A stretch of DNA of 59,659 nt, the filler included. It is 8 parts of 8 records of this genome, joined end to end, with 100 filler letters (N's around TTAATTAATTAA, not from the genome) between each part and the next. Parts side by side here need not be neighbours in the genome. Positions count along the whole stretch, not along the records: positions 6,850 to 14,953 come from SRR31147125_15633; positions 15,054 to 20,696 come from SRR31147125_15683; 6 more parts are not named here. One strand, written 5' to 3'. Below the pieces are notes generated by a model, which was not told where the DNA came from, made no database searches, and saw nothing but the letters and a program-made list of their open reading frames with translations. The stretch's first letter is position 1. Each line of letters opens with the position of its first letter. Below are positions 8,528 through 19,636 of the stretch, in pieces. The position numbers and the translations under genes are program-made.

Positions 8528-10258
8528 TTAATTCTTAAATATTTTTTCTCTTATATTTGCACTACTATTTTTAAAGCCACTATCTGAAATTTCTGCGTTT
8601 GAATTTTCTGCATGAACAATTTCAGCCTTTATCTGAATAAATAGATCTTTGGAATTCTCAACATAAGTATCGTATTTAAATAAACGTCCTATCAGTGGTA
8701 ACTTTGAGAACAGTGGTACTGAGTAATTATTTTCCGTTACTGATTTTCTCTTTAATCCTCCGATGAAAACAACTCCACCATCTTGAACTCTCACAATTGT
8801 TTGAGTACTATTTTTCTGTTCTGCAGCAGAAATTTTCTGCTCTAAGTCTTCATCAGAAACTGTACTTGTAGAAGTCTTAAAAGAACTTACCTCAAGAGAA
8901 ATATTTAAAATAATTGTATCACCTTCTTCTCTACCTTGTCGAATAATTGGCTTTACACTTAATGTCGTCCCTGCTTCTTTATATTGCGGTTCCGTTGTTT
9001 TATTTCCATCATCATCTGTTTCTGTCGTCTCTCCAACATACTCCTCTTCAGTAATTGTTATCGTTGCTTCTTCACCATTTACTGTTACTAGAGCTGGCAT
9101 GGCTCCTACTGTAACATCATTTGTATTTCGAAGTAAGTTTAATGTCGCTGAAAATACTTCATTTGAACTACTAAGATATTTTGTAAAAGTAGCTACAGGA
9201 TTTCCTGTTATAACCGACACACTCGTTGTACTATCTGTTTCATCTGCGCCATCTTGATACGACCAATCTATTCCCAAGTTTTGTGAAATTGAATCACTTA
9301 ATTCAAGTACCTGAGCCGTTATTCTAACTTGACTAACGGGGATATCCAGTTCATCAATTATCTTCATTGCAGTATCTATATTTCCTTTACTACCTTTTAA
9401 TATCACTAAACTTTGCTTCTCTACAGATGTTACATCTATATTTTCAATTGAGGCAGTAACTACATCTCTTACTTCATCTGGATGTACATGCTTTAAAAAT
9501 ATTTTCTGCGTCTCTTCAATTTGCCCCTTTTCACTAATTACTTTTCCAAGAGCTTTTTTCTCTTCAATTGAGGACTCCTGTGTTTCTTCAGCCACATTTT
9601 CCTTCGTTAATTCTAATTTTTGCGCCTTATCTGAGCTTAGTGTTAGGTTAATGTTAAGTGTTTGACCAGCTTCAATCTCTAGGATATCTCCATTTTCTCC
9701 ATACTCCTCTGATGACACTTTTATAATATATGTACCTGGATCAATATTCTCAATTATATAAGTTCCACCAGCTTCTGCATTTACTGATTTTATAATTTTA
9801 TTATCTTTAATCAAACTTACCGTTGAGTTCTCGATACCTGTTTCAGATTCAGCTCTTACAACTCTACCTATAATTTGTCCTACAACCTCTGTTTTAGATT
9901 GAGTGCTTTTTTCTAAGATCATAATGTTGTTTACTTCTCGGATTTCTAAACTATTAGCTAACATAATAGCTTGTAAAATCTCTTTTAAACTTTGACCTCT
10001 TACGAAAAATAGATCAATGGGATCATTTTTTATTGATGACTCAGCTATTATCGTTATTCCACTTGTTTTAGATATTAAACTAAGTGCATCTGATAAATTT
10101 ACATCTTTAAAATCTAATTCTTGTGGATATACAATTCTTTCTAATTTTTCTGTTACATCTGCTATCAAAATAGTAAAACAAAATAGGAATAATGTTATTA
10201 GTATTCCTATTCTCGATTTTTTTGCTCTTTTATACAAAACTATGTCACCTTCCCTCAT
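8528..10258 (-). CDS. pilQ: PilQ/GspD-type secretin with inserted carboxypeptidase-regulatory-like domain
   Basis: N0/STN-like LDFKDVNLSDAL, N3 ...IIDELDIPVSQVRITAQVLE, secretin core (GTTLSVKP, VFIGGL, VPLFSKLPLIGRLFK). Last gene of pilMNO(P)Q. Confidence 0.85.
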   Translation of the reverse strand: MREGDIVLYKRAKKSRIGILITLFLFCFTILIADVTEKLERIVYPQELDFKDVNLSDALSLISKTSGITIIAESSIKNDPIDLFFVRGQSLKEILQAIMLANSLEIREVNNIMILEKSTQSKTEVVGQIIGRVVRAESETGIENSTVSLIKDNKIIKSVNAEAGGTYIIENIDPGTYIIKVSSEEYGENGDILEIEAGQTLNINLTLSSDKAQKLELTKENVAEETQESSIEEKKALGKVISEKGQIEETQKIFLKHVHPDEVRDVVTASIENIDVTSVEKQSLVILKGSKGNIDTAMKIIDELDIPVSQVRITAQVLELSDSISQNLGIDWSYQDGADETDSTTSVSVITGNPVATFTKYLSSSNEVFSATLNLLRNTNDVTVGAMPALVTVNGEEATITITEEEYVGETTETDDDGNKTTEPQYKEAGTTLSVKPIIRQGREEGDTIILNISLEVSSFKTSTSTVSDEDLEQKISAAEQKNSTQTIVRVQDGGVVFIGGLKRKSVTENNYSVPLFSKLPLIGRLFKYDTYVENSKDLFIQIKAEIVHAENSNAEISDSGFKNSSANIREKIFKN

Positions 10259-10694
10259 TTACCTTTAAGTGTATTGTATTTCCACTTGTTATCTCTCTGA
10301 TTTCAATCCCATCTTCATAAGGACTTAAAAAATATTTTTTCTTATCCACTTTTATTATTGTATTTCCTAAAATTACTTTTCTTTTAGTAGTTTCCACTGA
10401 AGATGAATTTTTTTCCTTAAAGAAAATTATACATCCCCACTTTCTATCTTTTCTGATAATGGTCTCAACTTTAATAAAAATATTATTAAGCTCATTTCCA
10501 GTTTTGACTGTACCACCAGTCCCAGTTTTCTTTATAACTTCACTTTTGAAAAAGTTTTTATCTTCCTGAAACTTCTTTTCCGCTTCTTTGAAAACTTCGT
10601 CACTTATATAATCTTTCATTGGGTTAACTTTGTTCGCAAATGTAAATACTGAAATAAGTAAAAATGACATAAAAATAAAAAATCGTTTATTCAA
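10245..10694 (-). CDS. Exported protein in the PilP position
   Basis: Signal peptide; lies between pilO-like and secretin genes. Confidence 0.5.
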   Translation of the reverse strand: MNKRFFIFMSFLLISVFTFANKVNPMKDYISDEVFKEAEKKFQEDKNFFKSEVIKKTGTGGTVKTGNELNNIFIKVETIIRKDRKWGCIIFFKEKNSSSVETTKRKVILGNTIIKVDKKKYFLSPYEDGIEIREITSGNTIHLKVNEGR

Positions 10695-11325
10695 ATCCTA
10701 TGTCACCACCCTCTTCAATAAAATATGCACCTACTTTAAAGCTAACTTGTACTAAACTTCTACCTTTACTATCTCGACCACTTTGAGTTAATTGAACCCC
10801 TGCGCCACGCATAGTTATTAAGAAATTTGAATTCTCTAGATAATATAAAAGTTTAGATATATTTGAAACCGTTCCTCTAACAATGTATGGGGTATACTTT
10901 TTCTTATAGCCCTCTTTATTCTCAGCTACCTCCACTCGACCAATAGCTTTTACATCTACGTCCAGGTACCTAGCTAAATCATCAATCATAAATTTTAAGC
11001 TTGTTTCATCTTCTAAACTTGAGTTTTCAAACTTTATTTTCAGCAAATCTAAATCTTCTTTTTGCTCTTGGTATATTGCAAATTGCGCATCATACTTTCT
11101 CTTCTCCTTCGTATAGGTTGTTTTGACTACTTGAAGGCTTTGACTGAGCTGTTCAATCTGTTTATTCCTTTCTCTAATTTTAACTAATGGGAGTACTACT
11201 GATGGAACTAAGCATCCAATAATTACGACTATTAAGGCAACGATTGCTATGATTTTAATCTGCTTATCTGAAAGTTCGGCTCTCAGGTCAATATCAAGAT
11301 TTATCTCTTTTCCGAATACTTCCAC
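10687..11325 (-). CDS. pilO: PilO-like pilus alignment protein
   Basis: Single TM, coiled coil, C-terminal GTVSNISKLLYYLEN; synteny. Confidence 0.7.
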   Translation of the reverse strand: MEVFGKEINLDIDLRAELSDKQIKIIAIVALIVVIIGCLVPSVVLPLVKIRERNKQIEQLSQSLQVVKTTYTKEKRKYDAQFAIYQEQKEDLDLLKIKFENSSLEDETSLKFMIDDLARYLDVDVKAIGRVEVAENKEGYKKKYTPYIVRGTVSNISKLLYYLENSNFLITMRGAGVQLTQSGRDSKGRSLVQVSFKVGAYFIEEGGDIGFE

Positions 11326-11347
11326 TATCTTTCCTCCTAAAACTGTT

Positions 11348-11914
11348 TTAGTTTATTTTTAACTGCATATCATACGAAAAACTTGATATTTCATTTTTTC
11401 CGTCTACTATTTTTTCAATATAATCTGCTTCAATATTTATAAATTTTCCACTATTTTTCAAATTTCGTTCAAACTGAAATACATTTTCATAAGAGTTTAA
11501 TTTTAACTTTTTATTTATTTCAGCTTTTCCACTGAATCTAATATTATCGCCTTCATAGGTTAAGCTATGAAGGTAAACATTTGCTGGTACTTCTTCTTGA
11601 ATAGTGTATAAAACCTCTGATATTCTTAAGTTTTGTTGGCTAAAAATATCTTCAACAATTTGAATACTATTTGTTAAATCTGGTATTTCAGTCATTTTTT
11701 TCCTAACTTCTTCTGTCTGTTTTTTCTTTTGTTTTATATCATTATTAAGTTTTGCTATCTCCTGCTGCTTTTTACTTATAATTCCTTTTAAGTACATATT
11801 TCCTGATCCCAAAATAAGTAGAACTAAAATCACCAAAACACCAGCAACTTTTGCCAGATTTTTGAATAACAATTTATATTTATACTCTGGAGTCAGAAAA
11901 TTAATATCAATCAT
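11348..11914 (-). CDS. pilN: PilN-like protein
   Basis: MIDINFL, TM, coiled coil, VPANVYLHSL...FSGKA...FERNLKNS. Confidence 0.85.
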   Translation of the reverse strand: MIDINFLTPEYKYKLLFKNLAKVAGVLVILVLLILGSGNMYLKGIISKKQQEIAKLNNDIKQKKKQTEEVRKKMTEIPDLTNSIQIVEDIFSQQNLRISEVLYTIQEEVPANVYLHSLTYEGDNIRFSGKAEINKKLKLNSYENVFQFERNLKNSGKFINIEADYIEKIVDGKNEISSFSYDMQLKIN

Positions 11915-12963
11915 CTATTTCACCTCTTCAATTACATTTCCTAATAAACTTGCAGACAATTCAGTCTCTAAAAGACTCTCTGCGCCAATTAAATAGTTAA
12001 TGTATGTAAAATCTAAAACTTCCACCTCTAACTCTCTTTGTAAAACTTGTTTAAACCCTTTTAAAAGAGTTGTTCCACCGGTAAAGTAAATTTTATCGAT
12101 ACCAGGCACTCTCTCATGACTGACATAAAATTCTGAAGACACTCTAAGCTGTTTCTCCAGTTGTTTGATAATGTCTGCTATCTCCATAAATAACTGTTGA
12201 TCTTTTGGGTCAACTGCAGTTTCAAATGTCTCTTCTGCAATTTCAAGGCTTTTCTTCATATTTTCAGCTTTTTCATAATCTAATTGGTAAATCCCTTCAA
12301 TGATATTGTTTATATCATTTCCACCAATTGCAACAATTCTCTGTAATTTAATAAAACCATTTTTTTCAATAAAAATTTTAGTTGCCTCTGCTCCAATATC
12401 AACCACCATTATGCTCTCTTCTGTTTCGATAGCATCTTTTTCTTTTTGCTTTTGCAAAAAGTTATACACTGAGACGAAATCCGGAACTATTTTTAAAACA
12501 GTTACTTTTAAACTGTCAAAAAGCTCTAATAAATTTTCAACTCTTGATTTTCTAATTGTAATAGCTATTATTTCTTCAGCTTCCGTCCCTAACTTTAAGC
12601 TAATATAATCTGTTAAAAACTCTTCACTATCATAATTTGGAATTAATTCTTCCAATTCTGTCTCAATTAATACTTTTTTTCCTTTTCATCAAGAAGAGGA
12701 ACATTTAAAAATTTAACTACAAAATCCTGAACTGGAAGAGATAACACCACGTTTTTATTTTTTAACTTTAACTCCTCAACAAGCTCTTTAACTCTATCAC
12801 CAAAAATAATAAAATCCTGTACATTTCCATTAACTATTGTACCTGAAGTTAGTTCAATTTTTGAGATTTTTTCAACTTTTCCATTTTTCAGTACAAGGCC
12901 TTTAATTGAACTAGTTCCAATATCTAGGCTAGCATTTACTTTTAGTTTAAACACCTGTATCAC
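11915..12963 (-). CDS. pilM: PilM actin-like protein, split by an apparent -1 frameshift at T7 (12674-12680)
   Basis: LDIGTSSIK...LSLP in ORF 12667-12963; VDIGAEATK, GGND, FTGGTT in ORF 11915-12655. One extra A gives EKKVLIETELEE. Confidence 0.88.
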
Positions 12964-13235
12964 TCCTCAGTTCTATTTTGAAGAACTTTTTCAAAACCTT
13001 CTGTTACAGTCTTCAAAACTGTTACCTTAGTCTGAACGTTTATTTCTCCCAGCTTCGTATAAGCTAACCCCTTAACTGAAGTTGTATAATGTGGTGGTAA
13101 TTTATTCAATGAATATGCCATCACATCTAATATATCAAGTTCTGTAATGTGTTCTGACACTTCCTCGTTATTTGATAAAAATTTTCTAATAGCATCCTCT
13201 ACCATTTTTTCAGTATAGTTCTCTAATTTTGTCAT
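12960..13235 (-). CDS. comFB: Late competence development ComFB-family protein
   Basis: LENYTEKMV...DVMAYSLNKLPPHYTTSVKG. Confidence 0.85.
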   Translation of the reverse strand: MTKLENYTEKMVEDAIRKFLSNNEEVSEHITELDILDVMAYSLNKLPPHYTTSVKGLAYTKLGEINVQTKVTVLKTVTEGFEKVLQNRTEE

Positions 13236-14087
13236 TTAACTACCTCCCTTTTCAACTGTAATCTCTGTAAGCTGTTCATCTGTTATCTCTATGGATTCTT
13301 TCTTTAAATCATTAGTATTTATCGCAGATCCTGTTACTGTAAACTTTATATTTTCTGTCGCTTCTATAGCATATCTAACGTCCCCAATACTAACTTGTTT
13401 TTTATATTTCGCTGTCGCCGACCACGTTGTTCCAGTAGACAAAGGCTCTGAAAAGTTTAAAAGAACATAGCCTCCAGAGCTATCAATAGTTATTGCTTGA
13501 TGAGTCGCAATACTTAAGCTTGTTAATTTATATCCACCAACACTGGAATAATACTTATAATTATTATTCTGCCATAATCTAAAAGCTTTATCCTCAGAAT
13601 CACTCCAATTCCGCTCTATCAGCTTTTCATTATCAATTATATTCTTCTTAACAATTGCTTGATCGATTGTTGTATTGAAGGCTCCTCCGGATGTAATATT
13701 CCAAGCTGAATCAAAGTACTGTCTATAGTTCGTTAGGACTATTCCTGCATAAGTTCCAGAGGTAACTATTCCTGACTCTGTAGTGTAGTTACCTGGATCA
13801 GTAAAATAACTAGAATCACTAAGAATAGTTGTTCTGTGATCGTCAGTATATAAACTACCTATGTTCACTAACTCTCCCGCAAGATAAAGTTCATAATATC
13901 CAAGTGTTGAACTCTCATCTATTCCTGAAAAATCAGTTTGACCTTTTACTTTGAATCCCGCCCTCTCTGCTCTTTTTTGCGTCATGTAAAACATATTTAG
14001 CGAAAGTGCCATAAAGAAGGCCAATAGTAAAATTGATAATACCATTGCAGATCCGCTATTTTTTTTCATATTCATAACATCACCCAA
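13236..14087 (-). CDS. PilX/GspK-like minor pilin
   Basis: KKNSG|SAMVLSILLL class III signal without Glu5; true start probably near 14075. Confidence 0.65.
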   Translation of the reverse strand: MGDVMNMKKNSGSAMVLSILLLAFFMALSLNMFYMTQKRAERAGFKVKGQTDFSGIDESSTLGYYELYLAGELVNIGSLYTDDHRTTILSDSSYFTDPGNYTTESGIVTSGTYAGIVLTNYRQYFDSAWNITSGGAFNTTIDQAIVKKNIIDNEKLIERNWSDSEDKAFRLWQNNNYKYYSSVGGYKLTSLSIATHQAITIDSSGGYVLLNFSEPLSTGTTWSATAKYKKQVSIGDVRYAIEATENIKFTVTGSAINTNDLKKESIEITDEQLTEITVEKGGS

Positions 14088-14693
14088 TTAACTACCAAAA
14101 GTTACCTTTCGACTAATTTGAAAATCTATTCTTGTTACCCCTGCATCTCGCACTTCTCTAGTGTATAAAATATTGCCATCTTCATCACGTTTAGCTAATT
14201 GAAAATACATAGTGATAATATTGTCATTATATCTAAATTCTACTGCCTCAACATTTTGCATCAATACTGAGCTTCCAGTAATATTTGAAGGGTTGCTCGC
14301 ATCATCTGTATTTGTTGACGATGCAACTCTTAACTCCCTATTATTCACATCATAATAAAACCTAACATATTGAAAATCCGCTGTTGCATTTTCACTCTCT
14401 CTTAATGTTAAAGTTAATGCGGAAGAGGTCGCAATAGCTGAACTTGCTGGTTCTAGTACTGCTGAATCTGCTGGTGACTCGTCATCTTCCTGGGCCGCTC
14501 TTATTGCTCTCTTTATTACATCAATTGTTTTAGCAAGCTCTAAATCAAGGTCATTTACCTCCGACATTTTATTATGAGAAATTGTAAAAGCTCTTCCTAA
14601 GGGCATAAGTAAAGAGGCAAATATTGCAAGCATTGCAATAGCTATTAATATCTCTAAAAGTGTATATCCATCTCTTTTTTTCACTTCTCTCAC
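14088..14693 (-). CDS. Prepilin-type minor pilin (PilW-like)
   Basis: KKRDG|YTLLEILIAIAML N-methylation motif. Confidence 0.85.
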   Translation of the reverse strand: MREVKKRDGYTLLEILIAIAMLAIFASLLMPLGRAFTISHNKMSEVNDLDLELAKTIDVIKRAIRAAQEDDESPADSAVLEPASSAIATSSALTLTLRESENATADFQYVRFYYDVNNRELRVASSTNTDDASNPSNITGSSVLMQNVEAVEFRYNDNIITMYFQLAKRDEDGNILYTREVRDAGVTRIDFQISRKVTFGS

Positions 14694-14701
14694 TCCTAAT
14701 A

Positions 14702-14953
14702 TTACCAGTTCTCTATAGGGGAAATAACAAAAGTCGTTGAATAATCATTGTCACTATCAAACCCCATTGTAATTGTTCCAACTATAAACACATTACCTAC
14801 AACGCTATCAGTAGTGGTTATTATACTAAGATCAAACTTCGTTGAATTAGTTCCACTTACAGGATTATGATAAGTAATTGCAGAGTTTGTCGATGAATTA
14901 AAGCCCTTTAAAGTAAAATAATCTTTTTTTATCATAATCTTTATCTTTACTCC
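14702..14953 (-). CDS. C-terminal fragment of a probable minor pilin
   Basis: Open to the contig edge, beta-rich, upstream of the PilW-like gene. Confidence 0.45.
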   Translation of the reverse strand, partial: GVKIKIMIKKDYFTLKGFNSSTNSAITYHNPVSGTNSTKFDLSIITTTDSVVGNVFIVGTITMGFDSDNDYSTTFVISPIENW

Positions 14954-15053
14954 NNNNNNNNNNNNNNNNNNNNNNNNNNNNNNNNNNNNNNNNNNNNTTA
15001 ATTAATTAANNNNNNNNNNNNNNNNNNNNNNNNNNNNNNNNNNNNNNNNNNNN

Positions 15054-16761
15054 AAAAAAATTAATCAGCATAGATCAAAGACGGGTATATAGAAAACCTA
15101 TGACTTTCATATCAGACAAGGAAGACAAGCAAGTATCGTTAAGCAATGCTCAAAAAGAAGTATTGAGCGAAATAATAAATAATCAAACTGATAATAAAAA
15201 GTTTATAATTCACGGGGTAACAGGAAGCGGGAAAACAGAAGTTTATATGAGGCTTTGCTCAAAAATGCTTGATGAAGGCAGGGGTGTAATTGTATTAGTA
15301 CCTGAAATTTCATTAACACCTCAAATGGTTGCAACCTTCCGTGCAAGATTCAAAAACAAAGGTGCAGTTTTACACAGTAAACTATCTGCAGGTGAACGAC
15401 TGGACGAATGGCAGAGGATACATGAAGGCGATGCAAAGATTGTAATAGGTGCACGATCCGCTGTGTTTGCTCCGGTAGAGAACTTAGGGTTAATAGTTAT
15501 AGATGAGGAACATGAAACATCATATAAAAGCGAGACACAGCCAAGGTATGATGCAGTTGAGGTGGCACAATTTAGGTGTAATCAGAACGATGCAGTACTC
15601 TTATTAGGCTCTGCAACGCCTACAGTTACTAGATATTATAATTCAAAAAAGGGCGAGTATAATTTGCTGAAGCTGCCAGAAAGAGTAGGAACAGCTCAGA
15701 TGCCAGAAACTTGTATTGTGGATATGAGAGATGAATTTAAAGCAAAGAATATGTCTATTGTAAGCAGAAAGCTGAAAGTTAAGCTGGAGAACTGCTTAAG
15801 CCGGGGAGAAAAGGCAATACTATTTTTAAATAGACGAGGGTATTCTACCCACGTATCATGCAGGGACTGTGGGTATGTGGTTAAATGTGAACACTGCGAT
15901 GTTACTATGACTTATCATATGAGCGATAGTAAACTAAGATGTCATTATTGCGGAATGGAAATGGAGCCGCCTACTAGCTGCCCTGATTGCAATAGTAAAT
16001 ATATTAAATATTTTGGTGGCGGAACACAAAAAGTAGCTGAAGAAATTCAAAAGATGTTTAAGGGTGTTAATGTATTAAGAATGGATGCAGACACTACTAC
16101 AAAAAAAGCATCTCACGCAGACATATTAAAAGAGTTCGAGAAAGAGGATGCACAAATTTTAGTGGGCACTCAGATGATAACTAAAGGTCTTGATTTTCAT
16201 GATGTTACATTAGTGGGTGTTATAGCTGCGGACACTTCATTGTATGCAAGCGACTATAGAGCTGTGGAAAGAACCTTCCAATTAGTGGCACAAGTAGCAG
16301 GCAGAGCAGGACGCGGCAGTAAAAAAGGTGATGTTGTGATACAGACTTATTCTCCAGATAATTTTGCGATAATTCATGCTGCTAACCACGACTATGAAGC
16401 ATTTTATAATGAAGAAATAAAAATGCGCCAAATAATGCTCTATCCTCCTTTTGCATACTTTTCCAGATGGGTTTTTCAAAGCGAAGATGAGCAGGCAGTT
16501 AAATATCAAGCAGAAAATGTGTTTAGGAGAATGGAAGAATTTCTAAATAAGAATGCAGATATAGCACAAAGCGTAATATCATTGGATGTAGCACCTACGC
16601 AATACGTAAAGATTAAGGGACAATACAGGTATCAGCTGCTGATAAAATATTATCCAGACGAAGGTGGGAAAGAAGCTTTAGGATATTTTGGGTCACTAGA
16701 TAAAGGAACAGTTTCACTTGCTTATATGACACTGGAAATTGACCCTTTAAATATGATATAA
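15054..16761 (+). CDS. priA: Primosomal protein N' (5' truncated)
   Basis: GVTGSGKTEVY, PEISLTPQ, DEEHE, four CxxC, QVAGRAGR. Confidence 0.97.
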
Positions 16762-16821
16762 TAAGATGTTACAAAGGTTTATAGGTTACCATAAAACCTA
16801 AATAATATTTTGGACATGAAT

Positions 16822-17280
16822 ATGGCATTAAGAACAATTATAACGGATGAATCACCAAAGCTTAGAAAGATTTCAAGAGAGCAAATCAATTTTGATGATA
16901 GATTACACCAACTTCTTGACGATATGAAGGAGACTGTAGAGCACGCAAATGGTGCAGGATTAGCAGCAGTGCAAGTAGGAATACTAAGAAGAGTTGCAAT
17001 AGTTGATGTAGAGGAGAGATTAATTGAACTAGTTAATCCTGTAATAATATCAACAGAAGGAGAACAGGAAGTAACTGAAGGTTGCCTTTCTATAATCGGG
17101 AAATGGGGTAAAACCATAAGACCGCTCAAAGTTAAAGTAAAGGCTTTTGACAGATATGGTAAAGAGTTTGAAGTGGAAGGCGAAGGAATGCTTGCTTTGG
17201 CACTGGTGCACGAAATCGATCATTTAGATGGTAAATTGTATACGGATATTGCACTGGAAATTTGGGAGGATGAGGAATAG
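16822..17280 (+). CDS. def: Peptide deformylase
   Basis: GAGLAAVQVG, EGCLS, HEIDHLDG. Confidence 0.97.
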   Translation: MALRTIITDESPKLRKISREQINFDDRLHQLLDDMKETVEHANGAGLAAVQVGILRRVAIVDVEERLIELVNPVIISTEGEQEVTEGCLSIIGKWGKTIRPLKVKVKAFDRYGKEFEVEGEGMLALALVHEIDHLDGKLYTDIALEIWEDEE

Positions 17281-18203
17281 TGAAGATTATCTTTATGGGG
17301 ACTCCGGATTTTGCGATACCTTCTCTAAAGGCTTTATTAGCCGATAAAGCCTTTAAAGTAGTAGCAGTGGTAACCCAGCCCGACAAAGCAAGAGGCAGGA
17401 GTAAAACACTTAAACATTGTCCTGCAAAGGAATTTGCTTTAAAAGAGGGACTTGAAGTATTCTGCTTTGAAAGAATTCGAAATAAAGAGAATATAGAAAT
17501 ATTACAAAATCTTAAGCCAGACGTAATGGTAACAGCGGCATATGGGCAAATACTTTCACAAAAAGTACTTGATATACCAAAGCTTGGCTGCATAAATGTA
17601 CATGGTTCTCTTTTGCCAAAGTATAGAGGTGCTGCCCCAATACAATGGGCAGTAATTAATGGTGAAAATCAAACAGGAATAACAACTATGCTTACTGAAA
17701 GAGGACTAGACTGTGGCGATATTTTGCTAAAGGAAGTTGTGGAAATTGGTCAAGACGAAACAGCAGGAGAGCTTTTTGATAAGTTGGCGGTTTTAGGCGG
17801 TGAAGTGCTGGTTAAAACACTGCATGGGCTAAAGGATGGTACTATAATACCACAAAAGCAAAACGAAGCTGAAGCAACACATTTTCCTATGCTTAAAAAG
17901 CAGGATGGGAAAATATCCTGGGAAAAGACAGCAAAGGAAGTCCATAATATAATAAGAGGTGTCAATCCGTGGCCGGGAGCATTTACTACTTATCAGGATA
18001 CGACAATAAAGATTTGGGCGAGCCAAGTTGTTAACGGCAAAGGGGAATGCGGAGAAGTATTAAAATCAAAAGAAGATTTAGTTATAGCATGCAAAGAAGG
18101 TGCGGTTAAGATATTAGAGATGCAAATTCCAGGTAAAAAGCGTATGCCGGCAGATGTGGTGTTACGAGGATTTAAAATCGAACCTAAGGATAAATTTATT
18201 TGA
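17280..18203 (+). CDS. fmt: Methionyl-tRNA formyltransferase
   Basis: FMGTPDFA, NVHGSLLPKYRGAAPI. Confidence 0.97.
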   Translation: MKIIFMGTPDFAIPSLKALLADKAFKVVAVVTQPDKARGRSKTLKHCPAKEFALKEGLEVFCFERIRNKENIEILQNLKPDVMVTAAYGQILSQKVLDIPKLGCINVHGSLLPKYRGAAPIQWAVINGENQTGITTMLTERGLDCGDILLKEVVEIGQDETAGELFDKLAVLGGEVLVKTLHGLKDGTIIPQKQNEAEATHFPMLKKQDGKISWEKTAKEVHNIIRGVNPWPGAFTTYQDTTIKIWASQVVNGKGECGEVLKSKEDLVIACKEGAVKILEMQIPGKKRMPADVVLRGFKIEPKDKFI

Positions 18204-19497
18204 TGAAAGATAAATCAAGAAAAGCGGCACTGGATGCTTTTAATGAAATTACTAAAAATAAGTCTTATGGTAATCTGGTGATAAAGACAGCATTTAATAG
18301 TTTAGATCCTCAGGAAAAAGATTTGCAACAAGGCTGGTTTATGGAACTTTAGAAAAGATGATAACTATAGATTGGATTATTGATAATTATGTAAAGAAGC
18401 GTACTCCAGTTACACTAAAAAACATATTACGCTTAGGTACATATCAAATATATTTTATGGATTCTGTACCAATGCATGCAGCATGTTCATCTAGTGTTGA
18501 ATTGGCAAAGTCAGCAGGCAAAGGAGGAGTATCGGGGTTTATAAATGGTGTACTTAGAAATATTGCAAGAAAGAAAGATAAACTTAAACTGCCAGATGAT
18601 GATTTGAGCATAAAATACTCTTGCCCACATTGGATAGTAGATATGTGGGTAAGGGAATTAGGCAAGCAGCAGACTAGAGAATTATTATCATACAAAGACG
18701 ATAAGGGAATAGTAATAAGAGCTAATAATCTAAAAGGGTATACCAGCGAAAAACTAGAAACTGAGCTTAATAAAAGAAATATAAAATATACAAGAGGCAA
18801 CATTATTTCTGACGCTTTCAGAATAGATGCAGGCTTTGAAGATATTGAACAAGGTCTATTTGATGAAGGTAAAATAGCAATTCAGGATGAAGGATCTATG
18901 GTGATAGCGCAAATTGCTGTTAAAAGCAAACCAGAATATGTTTTGGATGCATGTGCTGCACCTGGGGGTAAAACTGCCGCAATGGCGAATATACATAAAG
19001 ATGCTAAATTTTTTGCTACTGATATTCATCCTCATAGAATAGAGATAATGGAAAAGTTGTTTGAAAGGCTTAATATAAATGCAAAAACTTATAGGTATGA
19101 CGCATTAGCAAAACCATTTGAATTAGATGTTGACTGTTTGCTTGTTGATGCACCTTGCTCTGGATTGGGAACTATGTTTAAACAGCCGGATATTAAATAT
19201 AATAAAACATATGATGATATAAAGAAACTAGCGGAAATTCAATTAATGATATTGAAAAACTGTTCTAAATCAGTAGTGGCTGGAGGATATCTGGTATACT
19301 CTACATGTACAATATCGAAACTAGAAAACTATAATGTAGTTGATAAATTTCTTAGAAGCAACAAAGAATTTGAAGCTGTAGCACCAGAAGATAATGCAAT
19401 ACTCATGAAAGCATATGACGGTATAGGAATACAGCTGATGCCAAACATTCACAACACAGCAGGATTCTATATAGCTAAGATGAAAAGAAAGGTATAA
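18203..19497 (+). CDS. rsmB: 16S rRNA m5C967 methyltransferase; apparent -1 frameshift at A5 (18315-18319)
   Basis: MKDKSRKAALD... joins EKRFATRLVYGTLE with one extra A. QDEGS, DACAAPGGKT, DAPCSGLG, YSTCT. Confidence 0.93.
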
Positions 19498-19636
19498 AAA
19501 GACTTTCACACCAAGGGACTGTTGAAAAATTAAAATTTTTTAGCTTTTCCTTGCCGAATGTATGGGGGAAAAGATAGTAGGAACAGAAAATATTTAGAGT
19601 ATCTAATTATGGTACTTAGAGAAATGGATTAACATA

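Noticed and set aside
11915-12963. Split pilM (and rsmB, cinA, sulfatase, permease) as pseudogenes or programmed frameshifts
   Set aside because: The same -1 homopolymer pattern recurs in unrelated genomes; sequencing error is the simpler explanation.
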